Positions 1 through 12,517 of a stretch of 64,000 nucleotides of DNA are shown piece after piece (position 1 is the first letter of the stretch; each line of letters opens with the position of its first letter). The notes beneath the pieces are model-generated. The model was not told the origin of the DNA. It searched no databases and saw nothing but the letters and a program-made list of their open reading frames with translations. A program made the position numbers and the translations under genes. Source of the stretch: an uncultured Chloroflexia bacterium (lineage in GTDB: Bacteria > Chloroflexota > Limnocylindria > Limnocylindrales > CSP1-4); assembly GCA_963828165.1 (NCBI GenBank), contig CAWHDR010000001.1, positions 2,688,001 to 2,752,000 of the forward strand. Reading direction: 5' to 3'.

Positions 1-2
1 AG

Positions 3-704
3 GTCCGGGCCCTGTCCGGCGGGGAGCGCTCGCGCCTGGAGCTCGCGCTGCTGGGCATCCAGCCGTCGAACCTGCTGCTGCTCGACGAGCCGACGAACCA
101 TCTCGACATCCCCGCCCGTGAGGCGATCGAGGCGTTCATGCGCGATTCCGCGGCGACCCTGCTGGTGGTCTCGCATGACCGGCGATTGCTGGAGACGGTA
201 TGCGACCGGTTGTGGGTCGTCGGGGACGGAGCGGCGACGGCGTTCGACGGTGGGTACAAGGCGTGGCGACAGGCGGTGGCGGGTGGATGGACCGTCGCGG
301 ATGGGGTCGAGGCGCACCGGGTCCGGGTGCGCCCCGGCGCGGTCGCGACCATCGCTCCTTCATCGCCTGTCGGCGCCGGCAGTCGCTCGAGTCGCGCCGC
401 CGCCGGGGCGAGCACGGCCGTTGCCGGGACCGTGGCCGCACCCGCGACTGCCCCGCCCTCACGCGCCCGAAGGAAGTTGGAGAAGTTGTCCAAGGATGCG
501 TATCGGCGCCAGAAGATGGCGTTGGATGCCGAGCTGACGCGGCTGGGATTGCGGAAGAGCCACCTGGAGCTGGCGATGGGCGACCCGGGCGTCGCGGCGA
601 ACTTCGTCGAGATGCGACGCGTCACGAGCGAGCTTGCCGATGTCGACACGGCGCTCGCAGCCGCGGAGGATGCCTGGCTCCAGCTCGAGGAACGGGCACC
701 GTGA
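3..704 (+). CDS. ABC-F family ATP-binding protein, C-terminal part (5' truncated)
   Basis: Frame 3 from the window start reads LSGGERSRL...LLLLDEPTNHLD, then LLVVSHDR and a C-terminal coiled coil. Confidence 0.9.
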   Translation, partial: VRALSGGERSRLELALLGIQPSNLLLLDEPTNHLDIPAREAIEAFMRDSAATLLVVSHDRRLLETVCDRLWVVGDGAATAFDGGYKAWRQAVAGGWTVADGVEAHRVRVRPGAVATIAPSSPVGAGSRSSRAAAGASTAVAGTVAAPATAPPSRARRKLEKLSKDAYRRQKMALDAELTRLGLRKSHLELAMGDPGVAANFVEMRRVTSELADVDTALAAAEDAWLQLEERAP

Positions 705-756
705 ATCCTCGGGCCGATGGGGTCGGAGGCCTCCGCCACGGGCGCCGGAGCGTCGC

Positions 757-1389
757 GTGACGTCACGCCGTGGAGGCCGGCCCCTGATCATCGGGCTGAC
801 CGGGCCGATCGCGTGCGGCAAGTCCACGGTGGCGCGCTGGCTGGGCGAGCGTCCCTCGGTCGTCGTCATCGATGCCGATCGCGTGGCGCGCGACGTGCTG
901 GCCGCGGGTGCCCCCGAAACGATGGCCGTCTACGCGCGATTCGGGGACGAGCTGCGGCGCCCCGACGGGGAGCTTGACCGCGCCGCGCTCGGTCGCATCG
1001 TGTTCACCGACCCGGCCGCCCTGCGCGACCTCGAGGCGATCGTCCATCCCGCGGTCCGGCCGCGCATCCTCGCCGAGGTGGATGCCGCGCGTGCCGCGGG
1101 CGCGGCGGCCGTGGCGATCGAGGCGATCAAGCTGGTTGAGGGCGGGCTCGCGGACCTGTGCGACGAGGTGTGGCTGGTCACCTGCTCACCTGACGTGCAG
1201 CTGGAGCGCCTCGTCGAGCGCGGGACCGCCGCGGACGATGCCCGCTCCCGGATCGCGGCTCAGGGCGACCTCGCGGCGCGTCTGCGACCGGTCGCCACCC
1301 AAGTCATCGATACGAGTGACACGCCGGCATCGACACGCTCCCGGGTCGCCGAGCGGCTGGAGGCAGCCTTGGCCCTGGCTGGAGACTGA
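757..1389 (+). CDS. coaE: Dephospho-CoA kinase
   Basis: IIGLTGPIACGKST P-loop, IDAD, LDRAALGRIVF, LEAIVHP; GTG start at 757 inferred. Confidence 0.93.
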   Translation: MTSRRGGRPLIIGLTGPIACGKSTVARWLGERPSVVVIDADRVARDVLAAGAPETMAVYARFGDELRRPDGELDRAALGRIVFTDPAALRDLEAIVHPAVRPRILAEVDAARAAGAAAVAIEAIKLVEGGLADLCDEVWLVTCSPDVQLERLVERGTAADDARSRIAAQGDLAARLRPVATQVIDTSDTPASTRSRVAERLEAALALAGD

Positions 1390-1396
1390 ATCGAGC

Positions 1397-1431
1397 GACC
1401 GCCCGGGCCACGCGAGGCGGCCCGGGCGGTC
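1397..1431. terminator. GC-rich hairpin between convergent coaE and cpaB
   Basis: GACCGCCCGGGCC-N9-GGCCCGGGCGGTC perfect 13-bp stem; no U-tract. Confidence 0.55.
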
Positions 1432-1480
1432 TGGAGGCGCGCCGGGTCAGCGGCGCGGAGATGGATTCGGGCGAGGAGGG

Positions 1481-2380
1481 CTAGGGAGACGGGCTGGGCG
1501 ACGTCAGCGGCGTGGCCGTCGGCGTCGGGCCCGGGGTGGCGATCGGCGTCGGCGCGGCGGTCGGCAGCGGCCCCTCGAACGAGGGGTACACGACCGGGAT
1601 CGGTAGCCCGTACCGGATGATCACCTTGTTGGTCGTGGTCCCGAGCAGCGACGCGTCGACCTGGCGCGTATCGACGTCGGGCCGCAGGGCGAGGCTGAAC
1701 GACGACGCCCCGGTGGCCTGCAGGTGCGAGATCTCTTCCGCGACGTCGATCGGCGCCTTGAGGATGTAGGACTGGCCGGCCTTCGCAAGGATCAGCATGT
1801 TCTGGTAGCTGATCTTCGTGGAGCGGTCGGAGTAGTACCCCTCTTCGCCGATCCCGACCTCGGAGTCCGTGAGGACGTTGACGCTGGCGGTCACGAAGAC
1901 GTCCACCGTCTGGTTCGGGGTCAGCAGCCCGCCGACCGCCCGGTCGTCCGGCACCGTCATCGAGATCGCCCGCCAGATCGGCGTTTCGGGCCCGACGGAT
2001 TCGTCGGGACCGAGAACCGAGAACTGGCCACCCTCGGAGCTCGAGGCGAGCAGGTTGGTGGTCACCATCTGCCCGGCCAGGATCGTGACCGCCGGCACCC
2101 GCCCGATCACCCGGTCCGGTGTGGACACGATGCCCTGGGCGTTCGTGGGATCGAGCGGCACCTCGCGAACCTCGAGGTCGGCCGCCTCGATGATCTTGCG
2201 GGCCGGGATGGTCTGCAGGGCGACGACGACCGACACGCGCTGCAGCCCGGCCTGCCCAGCCTGTTGCTGGGCCGTGCTGATCAGATAGAAGGCCGCCGCG
2301 CCCGCGACGATCGCGAGGATGACGCCGATGATCACGATGTAGCGGCCCCGACGACTCGGGTCCTTGTATTCCATCTCCAC
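1481..2380 (-). CDS. cpaB: Flp/Tad pilus assembly protein CpaB/RcpC
   Basis: N-terminal TM, SAF domain (VVVALQTIPA...IGRVPAVTILAGQ), RAISM...VGGLLTPNQTVDV, Pro/Thr tail. Confidence 0.85.
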   Translation of the reverse strand: MEMEYKDPSRRGRYIVIIGVILAIVAGAAAFYLISTAQQQAGQAGLQRVSVVVALQTIPARKIIEAADLEVREVPLDPTNAQGIVSTPDRVIGRVPAVTILAGQMVTTNLLASSSEGGQFSVLGPDESVGPETPIWRAISMTVPDDRAVGGLLTPNQTVDVFVTASVNVLTDSEVGIGEEGYYSDRSTKISYQNMLILAKAGQSYILKAPIDVAEEISHLQATGASSFSLALRPDVDTRQVDASLLGTTTNKVIIRYGLPIPVVYPSFEGPLPTAAPTPIATPGPTPTATPLTSPSPSP

Positions 2381-2419
2381 GAAGGTGCCTCCGATGTGGG
2401 TTGTGCCGTGCCCGCCCGG

Positions 2420-4358
2420 CTAGTTCCAGGGCACGAGTCGCGCCACCTGACCGCGACGCAACGCGGGATCGTTCATGTCGGCGTACAGGCCGGAGATCGC
2501 GTAGCCATAGACGGCGTTGCTGTCCACGCTGGTGATCCGGAACGTCGCAAAGCCGAGGATGTCGACGTATTCGTTGGAGCTGCTGGCGGTCTGGATCGTC
2601 AGCGTGATCGGCACCAGCCGCGTCACGGGCTGCCCCGCGGAATTGGTGCCCGTGACCCGCAGCGTCAGGGAGTAGACCCCTGGCCCGAGCGTGCCGCCGT
2701 TGACCGAAACGGCGACGTTCTGGCTGGTGCCCTTGTTGAGCGTGACGGACGAAGGGCTGACGCTGACCGTGCCGATGCCTGCGGGCAGAACGCCGTTGTC
2801 GGCCGCACCACCCTCGACGCTCAGGCTGACGTTCCCACCGAAGAAGGTGCCGTTGTTGTTGGTCGTGCTGACCGTGACCGGCGCGCGTGCCGGTCGAGCC
2901 GGTCGTCGCGAGCGACACCGTCGCCCCCGAGCTGGTCGAGAAGTCGCGGTTGACGCTGCCGATGGCGATGCCGACCGGGTAGTAGTGATCGAGCAGGACC
3001 GGATCCGACGAGTGACCCTGGATCCAGACCGTGTAGACGCCTTGCGGGGCGCCGCTGGTCTGGAAGGTGGACCAGACGACAGAGCCGTTCGGTGTCATCG
3101 GACTCGGCGTGAACGTCAGCGGCGCCAGGGTCGTGCCCCACGGGTGGCCGGCGTCGCCCCAGTCCTTGAACGCACTCGTGGCGACGACACCGGTGAACGA
3201 CGCGTTCTTCGTGACGCTCATGGAGATCGAGTTATTGCGGTTCTGATTGGTGTTGATCGTCGCCGTCGTCGCCACCGCGTACGCGAAGTCGGGGATGCTC
3301 TGGACAGTCCCGGAGTACACGGCCGCGAGGATCTCGTCGCCCGGGCTGTAGCGGGCGTCGATCTCGTCGATGATGATCCCGGACGAGTTACCGTCGATGA
3401 TCCCGACCTGGTCGTTCGGGTCGGGCGGGATGGTCACGGGCGGGAAGTCCGGTCCGGGATAGCCGGTGGCGACCCAGCCGGCCTCGATGTCCTTGATCGT
3501 GTTGGCATTCATGCCGGACGTGACGCCGTTGTAGTAGATGTTCGATGGCGGCGATTGGTACTGGAAATTGCGGATGTCGAGCGCCACGAACCCGCGGAAG
3601 CTGGCCGCATTGGACGGAGCCGCTCCCTGGCCGACGAGGGCGATGATCGGTCCGTGGTTGACCGGATCGTTATCCGGGGCGGACGCGTTGAAGGGTGCGC
3701 CGGGGTTCGGAGCCGTGCGGGGACTGGCGTCCGTGGTGCTACCGAGACATGACGTGTTCTCGGTCGCGATCAGGTCCTGGAAGTGGTTCGTGTTCCCGTC
3801 GCACGGCGCGACGGCGCCCGCGTACGGACCCGGCGCGTTGATGTAGTGGCGGACCGCGATCGGCAGCAGGTCGCCCTTCGTCGCGACCCGTGCCTGACCA
3901 CCGACGACCGTGGAGCCGAGTCCCACGACCCGGCCGAAGGTATAGCCGACATCGCTCTTGATCGCGACGCGCACGTTCCCGCTCGAATCGATCAGGATGC
4001 CCGAGATCAGGTAGAGCTCGTCGCCGGGGTGCCCCGTCTCGTACTGCGGTGTCATCGCGACGCTGGCCGTCGTACCGGTGGGGCTGGAGGCCAGGTTGCG
4101 AGCGAGCACGTCACGCCCCTCGGCTTCGGCATCGGTCGCGGTCTCTCCGCGGATGAGCGCATTCGCGACCGCGAGCGCCCCGGAGTCGGCGGCGTTCTGG
4201 AGGAATCGCTTCTCGCTGTAGAACCGGCCGATGTCGAACGCCAGGCCGGCGATGCCCATCAGGGCCACGAGCGAGATCGCGAAGATGACGATGACCTGCC
4301 CATGGGCACGGTCCGGACGACCACGAGCCCGACCATGACCGCGAGCGCGATCGGTCAT
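2420..4358 (-). CDS. TadG-like pilus-associated protein, split by a +1 frameshift near 2885
   Basis: GQVIVIFAISLVALMGIAGLAFDIG...LQNAADSGALA Tad N-terminus; after GSTGT the sense continues in the next frame (APVTVSTTNNNG...ILGFATF...VARLVPWN*). Confidence 0.8.
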
Positions 4359-4924
4359 CAGTTGGCGACCATCGTGACTTCCGAGGTCAGCCCGAGGCGG
4401 CCGTTCGCGTCGCGTGGCAGGAGCTGGGCGATGAGCGGGATGATCAGGTCCTGGTGGTAGAGCGCCCGGACGGTGATCTGCTGGCCGACCCGCGGGTCCG
4501 TCTCGGTCACGCCGGCCGGGTTGGAATACGTCACGACGAGGTCGCCGTTGGTGAAGGTCGTCCCACTCTGCGTCCAGGTCGTGGAGGTCGAGAACTGGGG
4601 CGCCGTCTTGGTCAGGAGGTTCATCGACCCGAGGACCCGGTCCTTGATCGCGTTGTTTCGGGCGAGGTCGTTCTGGGACTTGGAGAATCCGGTGTCGTAG
4701 ACGTAGACCGTGCCGAGACGCGCCCCCTCTCGGGTCGCGTTGGTGATGGTCACGTAGGCGTTGAAGATGAACCCGAACTGGATGATCCCGAGGAGGATGA
4801 CGAACAGGGGCATCATCACGAGCGCGAACTCGACCAGGCTCTGCCCGCGCTCGGACGGCCGGAGATCGAGACCGGCGGACCCGGCGGGCGCGAGGGCGGG
4901 ACGGGAACGGCGGACGATGCGCAT
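4358..4924 (-). CDS. TadE-like pseudopilin
   Basis: ERGQSLVEFALVMMPLFVILLGIIQFG...NATREGAR; AGGAGG upstream of ATG 4924. Confidence 0.88.
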   Translation of the reverse strand: MRIVRRSRPALAPAGSAGLDLRPSERGQSLVEFALVMMPLFVILLGIIQFGFIFNAYVTITNATREGARLGTVYVYDTGFSKSQNDLARNNAIKDRVLGSMNLLTKTAPQFSTSTTWTQSGTTFTNGDLVVTYSNPAGVTETDPRVGQQITVRALYHQDLIIPLIAQLLPRDANGRLGLTSEVTMVAN

Positions 4925-5092
4925 GGGTAGTCGGTCAACCTCCTGTGGCGACGCGGGAAGTGTCCAATCGCATGCCTGATTTCCGGTATCACTCGTTCGT
5001 CCCACCGCGGTCGGCAACGGGGGTACGGGCGCGACCACGGTCGACCATCCGTCTGAGCCGTTGGAGGCAGGCAGCCGCCCAGCGAGACCGAC

Positions 5093-5106
5093 CGAACACC
5101 CGTTCG
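5093..5106. promoter_or_regulatory. LexA (SOS) box upstream of uvrB
   Basis: CGAAC-ACCC-GTTCG, Gram-positive/Chloroflexota-type GAAC-N4-GTTC, 17 nt before -10 TACACT (5124-5129). Confidence 0.85.
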
Positions 5107-5135
5107 AAACGGGCCGATTCCGGTACACTTCGTGC

Positions 5136-7520
<2,385 letters not shown>

Positions 7521-7569
7521 TGTCGGAACGCCGACACGGCGCCACGTACGACCGAACGAAAGTCACGTC

Positions 7570-7597
7570 TTGACACTGCTCGGGTCGGGTCGATACT
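7570..7597 (+). promoter_or_regulatory. Putative sigma70 promoter of the DUF11 cassette
   Basis: TTGACA (7570-7575), 16 nt, GATACT (7592-7597). Confidence 0.55.
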
Positions 7598-7603
7598 GAC
7601 GTT

Positions 7604-7891
7604 CTCGACCCGGACCACGACGGTCATTCGCGCCCTCGGGGGAGTGGCGCTGGACCACCCGGATCGAACGAGGGGATCGCTGCGGCGATCTCGGGGACGA
7701 GGGGTTTGGGGGATGGGGTTTCGGTCTGCGCGACCGTCACGCGACCTGGTTCGACGTGCATCTCTGCCCGCCATGACCCGCTCGCAACGCACTTGGCCGA
7801 TGCCCATGAGGGCATCGGCTTTCTGTCGTCTTGTCCCTGAGGACAACGCGTAGACAGAGTGCTGCGCCGTCGGCGCGGAGAGGGGTTGGAC
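7604..7891 (+). other. Long structured 5' leader, candidate cis-regulatory RNA with a G-quadruplex motif
   Basis: Hairpins GATCGC-TGCG-GCGATC, GCCGATGCCC-ATGA-GGGCATCGGC and TTGTCC-CTGA-GGACAA; long-range GACGGTC/GACCGTC; G4 motif at 7693-7718. Confidence 0.45.
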
Positions 7892-10800
7892 ATGTTCGGT
7901 CGGTCCACACGTCGGTCGTCGATCCGGAGCCGCCTGGCGGCCGGTCTCGGATCAGCGCTCCTGCTGGCCTCGATGTCGGGGACATTCGTCCCCATCGCCG
8001 CGGCCGGGCCCCTGACGATCACGAATACCGACAGCCCTGACCCGGTCCAGTCGGGAAGCCAGATCCTGTACACGATCGTCGTCACCAACACCGGTGGCGC
8101 GAAGGTCAGCAACGTCGTCCTGACCGACCAGATCAACGGGGTCGCCGGCTTCGGCAACCCGCCGCTGCTCGACGTCGTGAGCACGCGCGGCTCGTGCACC
8201 CAAACGAACACCCAGATCACCTGTAACGCCGGCACCATCGAGGGCAACGGCGCCTGGACCGTGACCGTCCGTGGCGTCGTCACTGCCGCCGGCGGGACGA
8301 CGATCAACAACATCGCGACCGTGGTGGCCACCAAGTCGGCCCAGACCTACACGTCGTCGGCTTCGGCGACGACGCAGGTCCAGGGAAGCGGGCCCGGTGG
8401 GCCGAGCCCGGACCTGACGATCGGCAAGAACGGCCCCCTCCAGGTCACCCCGGGCCAGGGGATCACCTACACCCTGACCGTCAACAACCTCGGCAACGGG
8501 AACGCGCTCGGCGTCAAGGTGATCGACACCTTCCCCGCGGGCATCAGCCCGGTAACTGTCAACGCCACCAGCCTGTTCAGCTGCGGGATCTCCGGGCAGA
8601 CGGTGACGTGCATCAACGGGCGAGTGAACGCGGGCTCCAACGCGACGATCACGATCAACGGGACGATCGCCGCGGCCGCGGCCGGGGACCTCGAGAACAC
8701 ATCCGTCGTCGACCCGGATAACACGATCGACGAAGGCATCATCGGCAACACCGCGGACGCCGCGGAACTGAACAACTTCTCGAACACCGTCGTCACCCAC
8801 GTGTCGCCGGTGCCGCCGCCGCCCACCAACGTGATCTTCTTCGACAAGCAGGGACCCGCGACGGCGATCCCCGGGCAGCTGGTCCGGTACACGCTGACCA
8901 TGACCAACGGGACAGTGGGTCGAGCCGACTACATCACCCTGACCGACGGGACGCAGGGCCTGCAGGCGGCCAGCCTGCGCGTCGTCAGCGCCGCGTCGTC
9001 CAGCGGCACGAACCCGATATGCACCGTGGCCGCGCCCACCGTCGAATGCACGATGACACGGCTGGCGACGAACGGGACGCTCGTGGTCGTCATCGAGGGC
9101 ATGGTCGTCGCATCGGCCGGCTCGACGATCATCAACAGCGCCGCCGTGAATGCGAATGTCAAGAACAAGGGCTACACCGAGCGCGATGAGGTCCAGACGA
9201 TCGTCAACGCCGGACGCGACCTGACGATCTCCAAGTCGGATCTGCCAGATCCCGTCTGCGCCCGCTCGTGGCCCGCCGGGGTCAACACGCTCTGTCGCGG
9301 TGGCCTGAGCTACACGTTCGACGTCGGCAACAGCGGCGTCCAGGACGCGCTGAACGTGCTCGTCCGCGACCCGCTGCCGCCAGGCACGACCTACGATGAT
9401 GCCGCCTCGAGCTCACTCTGCAACGAGTCCGGAGGCATCGTCAGTTGCCTCATCCCCAACCTCGGGGCCGGCGCGACGGAGACGATCACCATCGTCCTGG
9501 TGGCTCCTGCGACGCTCGGCACGATCACCAATACCGTGACGGTCGACCCGTTCAACTCGGTCTTCGAAGCCGATGAGACCAACAACATCGCCGTCGAATC
9601 GACGACGATCGTGACCGGCATCGACCTGACCATCGCCAAGGCGGCGTCGCTCGACCCGATCGCCACGAGCGGGACCGAGGTCTACACGATCACCGTCGAC
9701 AACATCGGCACGCAGAACGCCACCGGGATCAAGGTCGTCGACACGCTGCCGGCCGGAGCCACGTTCCTGTCGGCGACGGCGGACAACGGCTTCACCTGTT
9801 CGTACAGCGCCCCGAATGTCACATGCCTGGGCGGCTCCTTGCTCGGCACGGCCAGTGAGCTGTACTTCCCGCCGGCTCCCGGCAATGACACCGCGGTCAT
9901 CACCATCCGGATCTTCGCGCGCCCGACGATCGGCGTCATGCACAACGAGGTGCGGGTCGATCCGGACGGGACGATCGATGAGTTCGACGAGACCAACAAC
10001 ATCGCCACGCTCGACGTCAACGTCGTCAACGGCGGCAGCGGCGAGGGGGCTTTCAACGAGCTCGCCATCGACAAGACCGGACCGGCGTCCGTGTCGACCA
10101 GCGGGATCGTGACCTACACGATCAAGGTCACAAACGACGGCAGCGATCCTGCGGTCAACGTCACGATGCGTGACACCCTGCCTGCCGGATTCGTGTACAT
10201 CGACGCATTCGATACCGTCCTTGGGCCCAATGCGTTCCTGTGCACGCCCGGCGCCGGCAACACGGTCGATTGCACGGGCGCGACCATCACGCCAGGCGCC
10301 GTCGGCCGGACGGTCACGCTGCGCGCCTTCGCCTCGCCGGCCCTTGGCACGTACACCAACCAGGCCATCGTCGATCCGGGCAATCTGATCCCGGAAGGCA
10401 ACGAGACCAACAACGCCGACAACGCGCAGACGAACGTGGTCGTCGCACCGCCGACCTCGTTCATCGACCTGACGATCGAGAAGACGGCGGATCAGCCGAC
10501 CGTTACTCCCGATGGGACCCTGATCTACGAGCTGGAAGTCACGAATCTTGGGACGAATCCGGCCTTCGGCGTCGTCGTCCGCGACACCCTTCCGGCGGGT
10601 GTCACCTTCGTCTCCGCGCGTGACAACACGGGTGGTCTGCCACCGGCCCCACTCGCGCCAGGGTCCTTCAGCTGCACGCACGCGAGCGGCGTCGTGACCT
10701 GCACGGGCGGCACGCTCGATGCGGGCGCCGCCGGCGCCGTCGACTGGATCACCGGGATCGGTTCGGTCCGGACCATCAACGTGACGGTTCGCGCACCGCT

Positions 10801-12517
10801 GGCCTCCGGGATCCAGATCCTCAACGTGGCCCAGGTCGATCCGGACAACACGATCGGTGAGGGCAACGAGATCAACAACACGAGCGACGTCCAGGTCGCC
10901 GTCGTGTCCGATATCAACCTGACCATCGAGAAGACGGGCCCGACGACGGCGACGCAGAGTCAGACCGCGACCTACGACATCACCGTCAGCAACGCCGACT
11001 CGGCGTTCGCCGGGGGTGTCGTCGTGGTCGACCCGCTGCCCGTCGGGATGATCCCGCTGACGGCGTTCACCGACGACCCGGGCGAGAACAACTTCGCCTG
11101 CCAGGTCGAGCAGAACCCAGTCAACCGCGTCACGTGCACCGGCGACCTGCCTGGCAACACGAGCGTCGTGATCCATATCGAGGTGTTCATCACCGCGACC
11201 GATGGCACGACCCTCGACAACGAGGCCTGCGTCGACCCGGAGAACACGATCGTCGAGACCAACGAGCTCGACAACTGCTCCACCGCGCTGACCCAGATCG
11301 GCGTTCCCGACCTGGCGATCAACAAGGCCGCGTCGCTCGGCGTCGTGACCGAAGGTGAGTCCCTCTCGTACTTCCTGTCCGTGAGCAACCAGGGTGATGC
11401 CGCGACGCCTGGCGCCGTCGACATCAGCGACGACCTCCCGCCGGGCGTGACCTTCGTCTCCGCGACCGGCACCAATGAGTTCGTCTGCACGGAGGCCGCG
11501 ACGGTCGTCTCGTGCACCGACGGCGCTGGAGCGGCGCCTGGCCTCGAGCCCGGCGAAAGCACCCTCATCACGATCCAGGTCACCGTGGCCACATCGAGCG
11601 GCCCGATCATCAATACCGGCAACGTGACCAACGTCGCCGGGGAGATCGAGCTCGACAACAACAGCGACTCGGCGACAGTCTCGGTCGGCACGACCGCGGC
11701 CGACCTGGTCCTGACCAACCTGGGCGATCAGCCCGATCCGGTCGCCGAAGGTGACGTGGTCACGTACCGCTACGCAGTGACCAACACGGGCACCGAGGAG
11801 ATCACCGGCATCGAGATCACCCAGACCTTCGACAGCCTGACGAGCGTCTCGCTCGTCTCGATCACCGCGTCGCAGGGGTTCGGGTGCAGCGGGCCGGCCG
11901 GCCTGGTGTTCACCTGCATCGGCGACCTGGATCCAGGCGCCACCACGACCGTGACGCTCGTCCTCCAGACAACGGCCGGGGCGCCGGCAAGCATCAGCAG
12001 CACCATCGAGGTCGATCCCGACGGGACGATCACGGAATCCGACGAGACCAACAACACCGCGACCGAGGAGACGACCATCTCCGCGGCGCTGTGCACCGGC
12101 TGCATCGACCTGGCCGTGACCGGCATCCTCGAGTCGGCCGACCCGATCACGGTCGGTGACACCGTTACCTACACGATGACGGTCGGGAACATCGGCGACA
12201 CCTCGACGGATACGACGGGTGGCGACGATGTCACGATCTTCTTCGACGTCTTCGGGGACTTCACCGGGCTGACGTACTCGACCACGAGCGGGTTCACCTG
12301 CTCGCCGTTCCTGGCGACGCCTGGCGTCTCCACCTTCTCGAACTGCACCGGCGACCTGGATCCCGGCGAGGGGGCCATCCTGACCATCACGGTCACGGCC
12401 AACGACGACGTTCCGGACCTGTCCGCCAGCGCGCAGGCCTTCGTCGGACCTCCGGGTGTCGACGTGGATGCGAGCAACAACGGGCCGATCGCCGCGTCGA
12501 CCGTCGTCAACCCGTGA
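7892..12517 (+). CDS. Large secreted DUF11/CARDB-like repeat protein (about 11 Ig-like domains)
   Basis: Signal peptide; repeats of DLxIxK...YTITVxNxG...VxDxLP...C...C...VDPxNxIxExxExNN; GGAGAGGGG upstream of ATG. Confidence 0.88.
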   Translation: MFGRSTRRSSIRSRLAAGLGSALLLASMSGTFVPIAAAGPLTITNTDSPDPVQSGSQILYTIVVTNTGGAKVSNVVLTDQINGVAGFGNPPLLDVVSTRGSCTQTNTQITCNAGTIEGNGAWTVTVRGVVTAAGGTTINNIATVVATKSAQTYTSSASATTQVQGSGPGGPSPDLTIGKNGPLQVTPGQGITYTLTVNNLGNGNALGVKVIDTFPAGISPVTVNATSLFSCGISGQTVTCINGRVNAGSNATITINGTIAAAAAGDLENTSVVDPDNTIDEGIIGNTADAAELNNFSNTVVTHVSPVPPPPTNVIFFDKQGPATAIPGQLVRYTLTMTNGTVGRADYITLTDGTQGLQAASLRVVSAASSSGTNPICTVAAPTVECTMTRLATNGTLVVVIEGMVVASAGSTIINSAAVNANVKNKGYTERDEVQTIVNAGRDLTISKSDLPDPVCARSWPAGVNTLCRGGLSYTFDVGNSGVQDALNVLVRDPLPPGTTYDDAASSSLCNESGGIVSCLIPNLGAGATETITIVLVAPATLGTITNTVTVDPFNSVFEADETNNIAVESTTIVTGIDLTIAKAASLDPIATSGTEVYTITVDNIGTQNATGIKVVDTLPAGATFLSATADNGFTCSYSAPNVTCLGGSLLGTASELYFPPAPGNDTAVITIRIFARPTIGVMHNEVRVDPDGTIDEFDETNNIATLDVNVVNGGSGEGAFNELAIDKTGPASVSTSGIVTYTIKVTNDGSDPAVNVTMRDTLPAGFVYIDAFDTVLGPNAFLCTPGAGNTVDCTGATITPGAVGRTVTLRAFASPALGTYTNQAIVDPGNLIPEGNETNNADNAQTNVVVAPPTSFIDLTIEKTADQPTVTPDGTLIYELEVTNLGTNPAFGVVVRDTLPAGVTFVSARDNTGGLPPAPLAPGSFSCTHASGVVTCTGGTLDAGAAGAVDWITGIGSVRTINVTVRAPLASGIQILNVAQVDPDNTIGEGNEINNTSDVQVAVVSDINLTIEKTGPTTATQSQTATYDITVSNADSAFAGGVVVVDPLPVGMIPLTAFTDDPGENNFACQVEQNPVNRVTCTGDLPGNTSVVIHIEVFITATDGTTLDNEACVDPENTIVETNELDNCSTALTQIGVPDLAINKAASLGVVTEGESLSYFLSVSNQGDAATPGAVDISDDLPPGVTFVSATGTNEFVCTEAATVVSCTDGAGAAPGLEPGESTLITIQVTVATSSGPIINTGNVTNVAGEIELDNNSDSATVSVGTTAADLVLTNLGDQPDPVAEGDVVTYRYAVTNTGTEEITGIEITQTFDSLTSVSLVSITASQGFGCSGPAGLVFTCIGDLDPGATTTVTLVLQTTAGAPASISSTIEVDPDGTITESDETNNTATEETTISAALCTGCIDLAVTGILESADPITVGDTVTYTMTVGNIGDTSTDTTGGDDVTIFFDVFGDFTGLTYSTTSGFTCSPFLATPGVSTFSNCTGDLDPGEGAILTITVTANDDVPDLSASAQAFVGPPGVDVDASNNGPIAASTVVNP

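Noticed and set aside
1260-2880. Arg-rich C-terminal part of the 1032-aa ORF
   Set aside because: Out-of-frame read-through after the frameshift, overlapping cpaB
7553-7566. Degenerate LexA box CGAACGAAAGTCAC before the DUF11 promoter
   Set aside because: The right half-site deviates from GTTC at two positions
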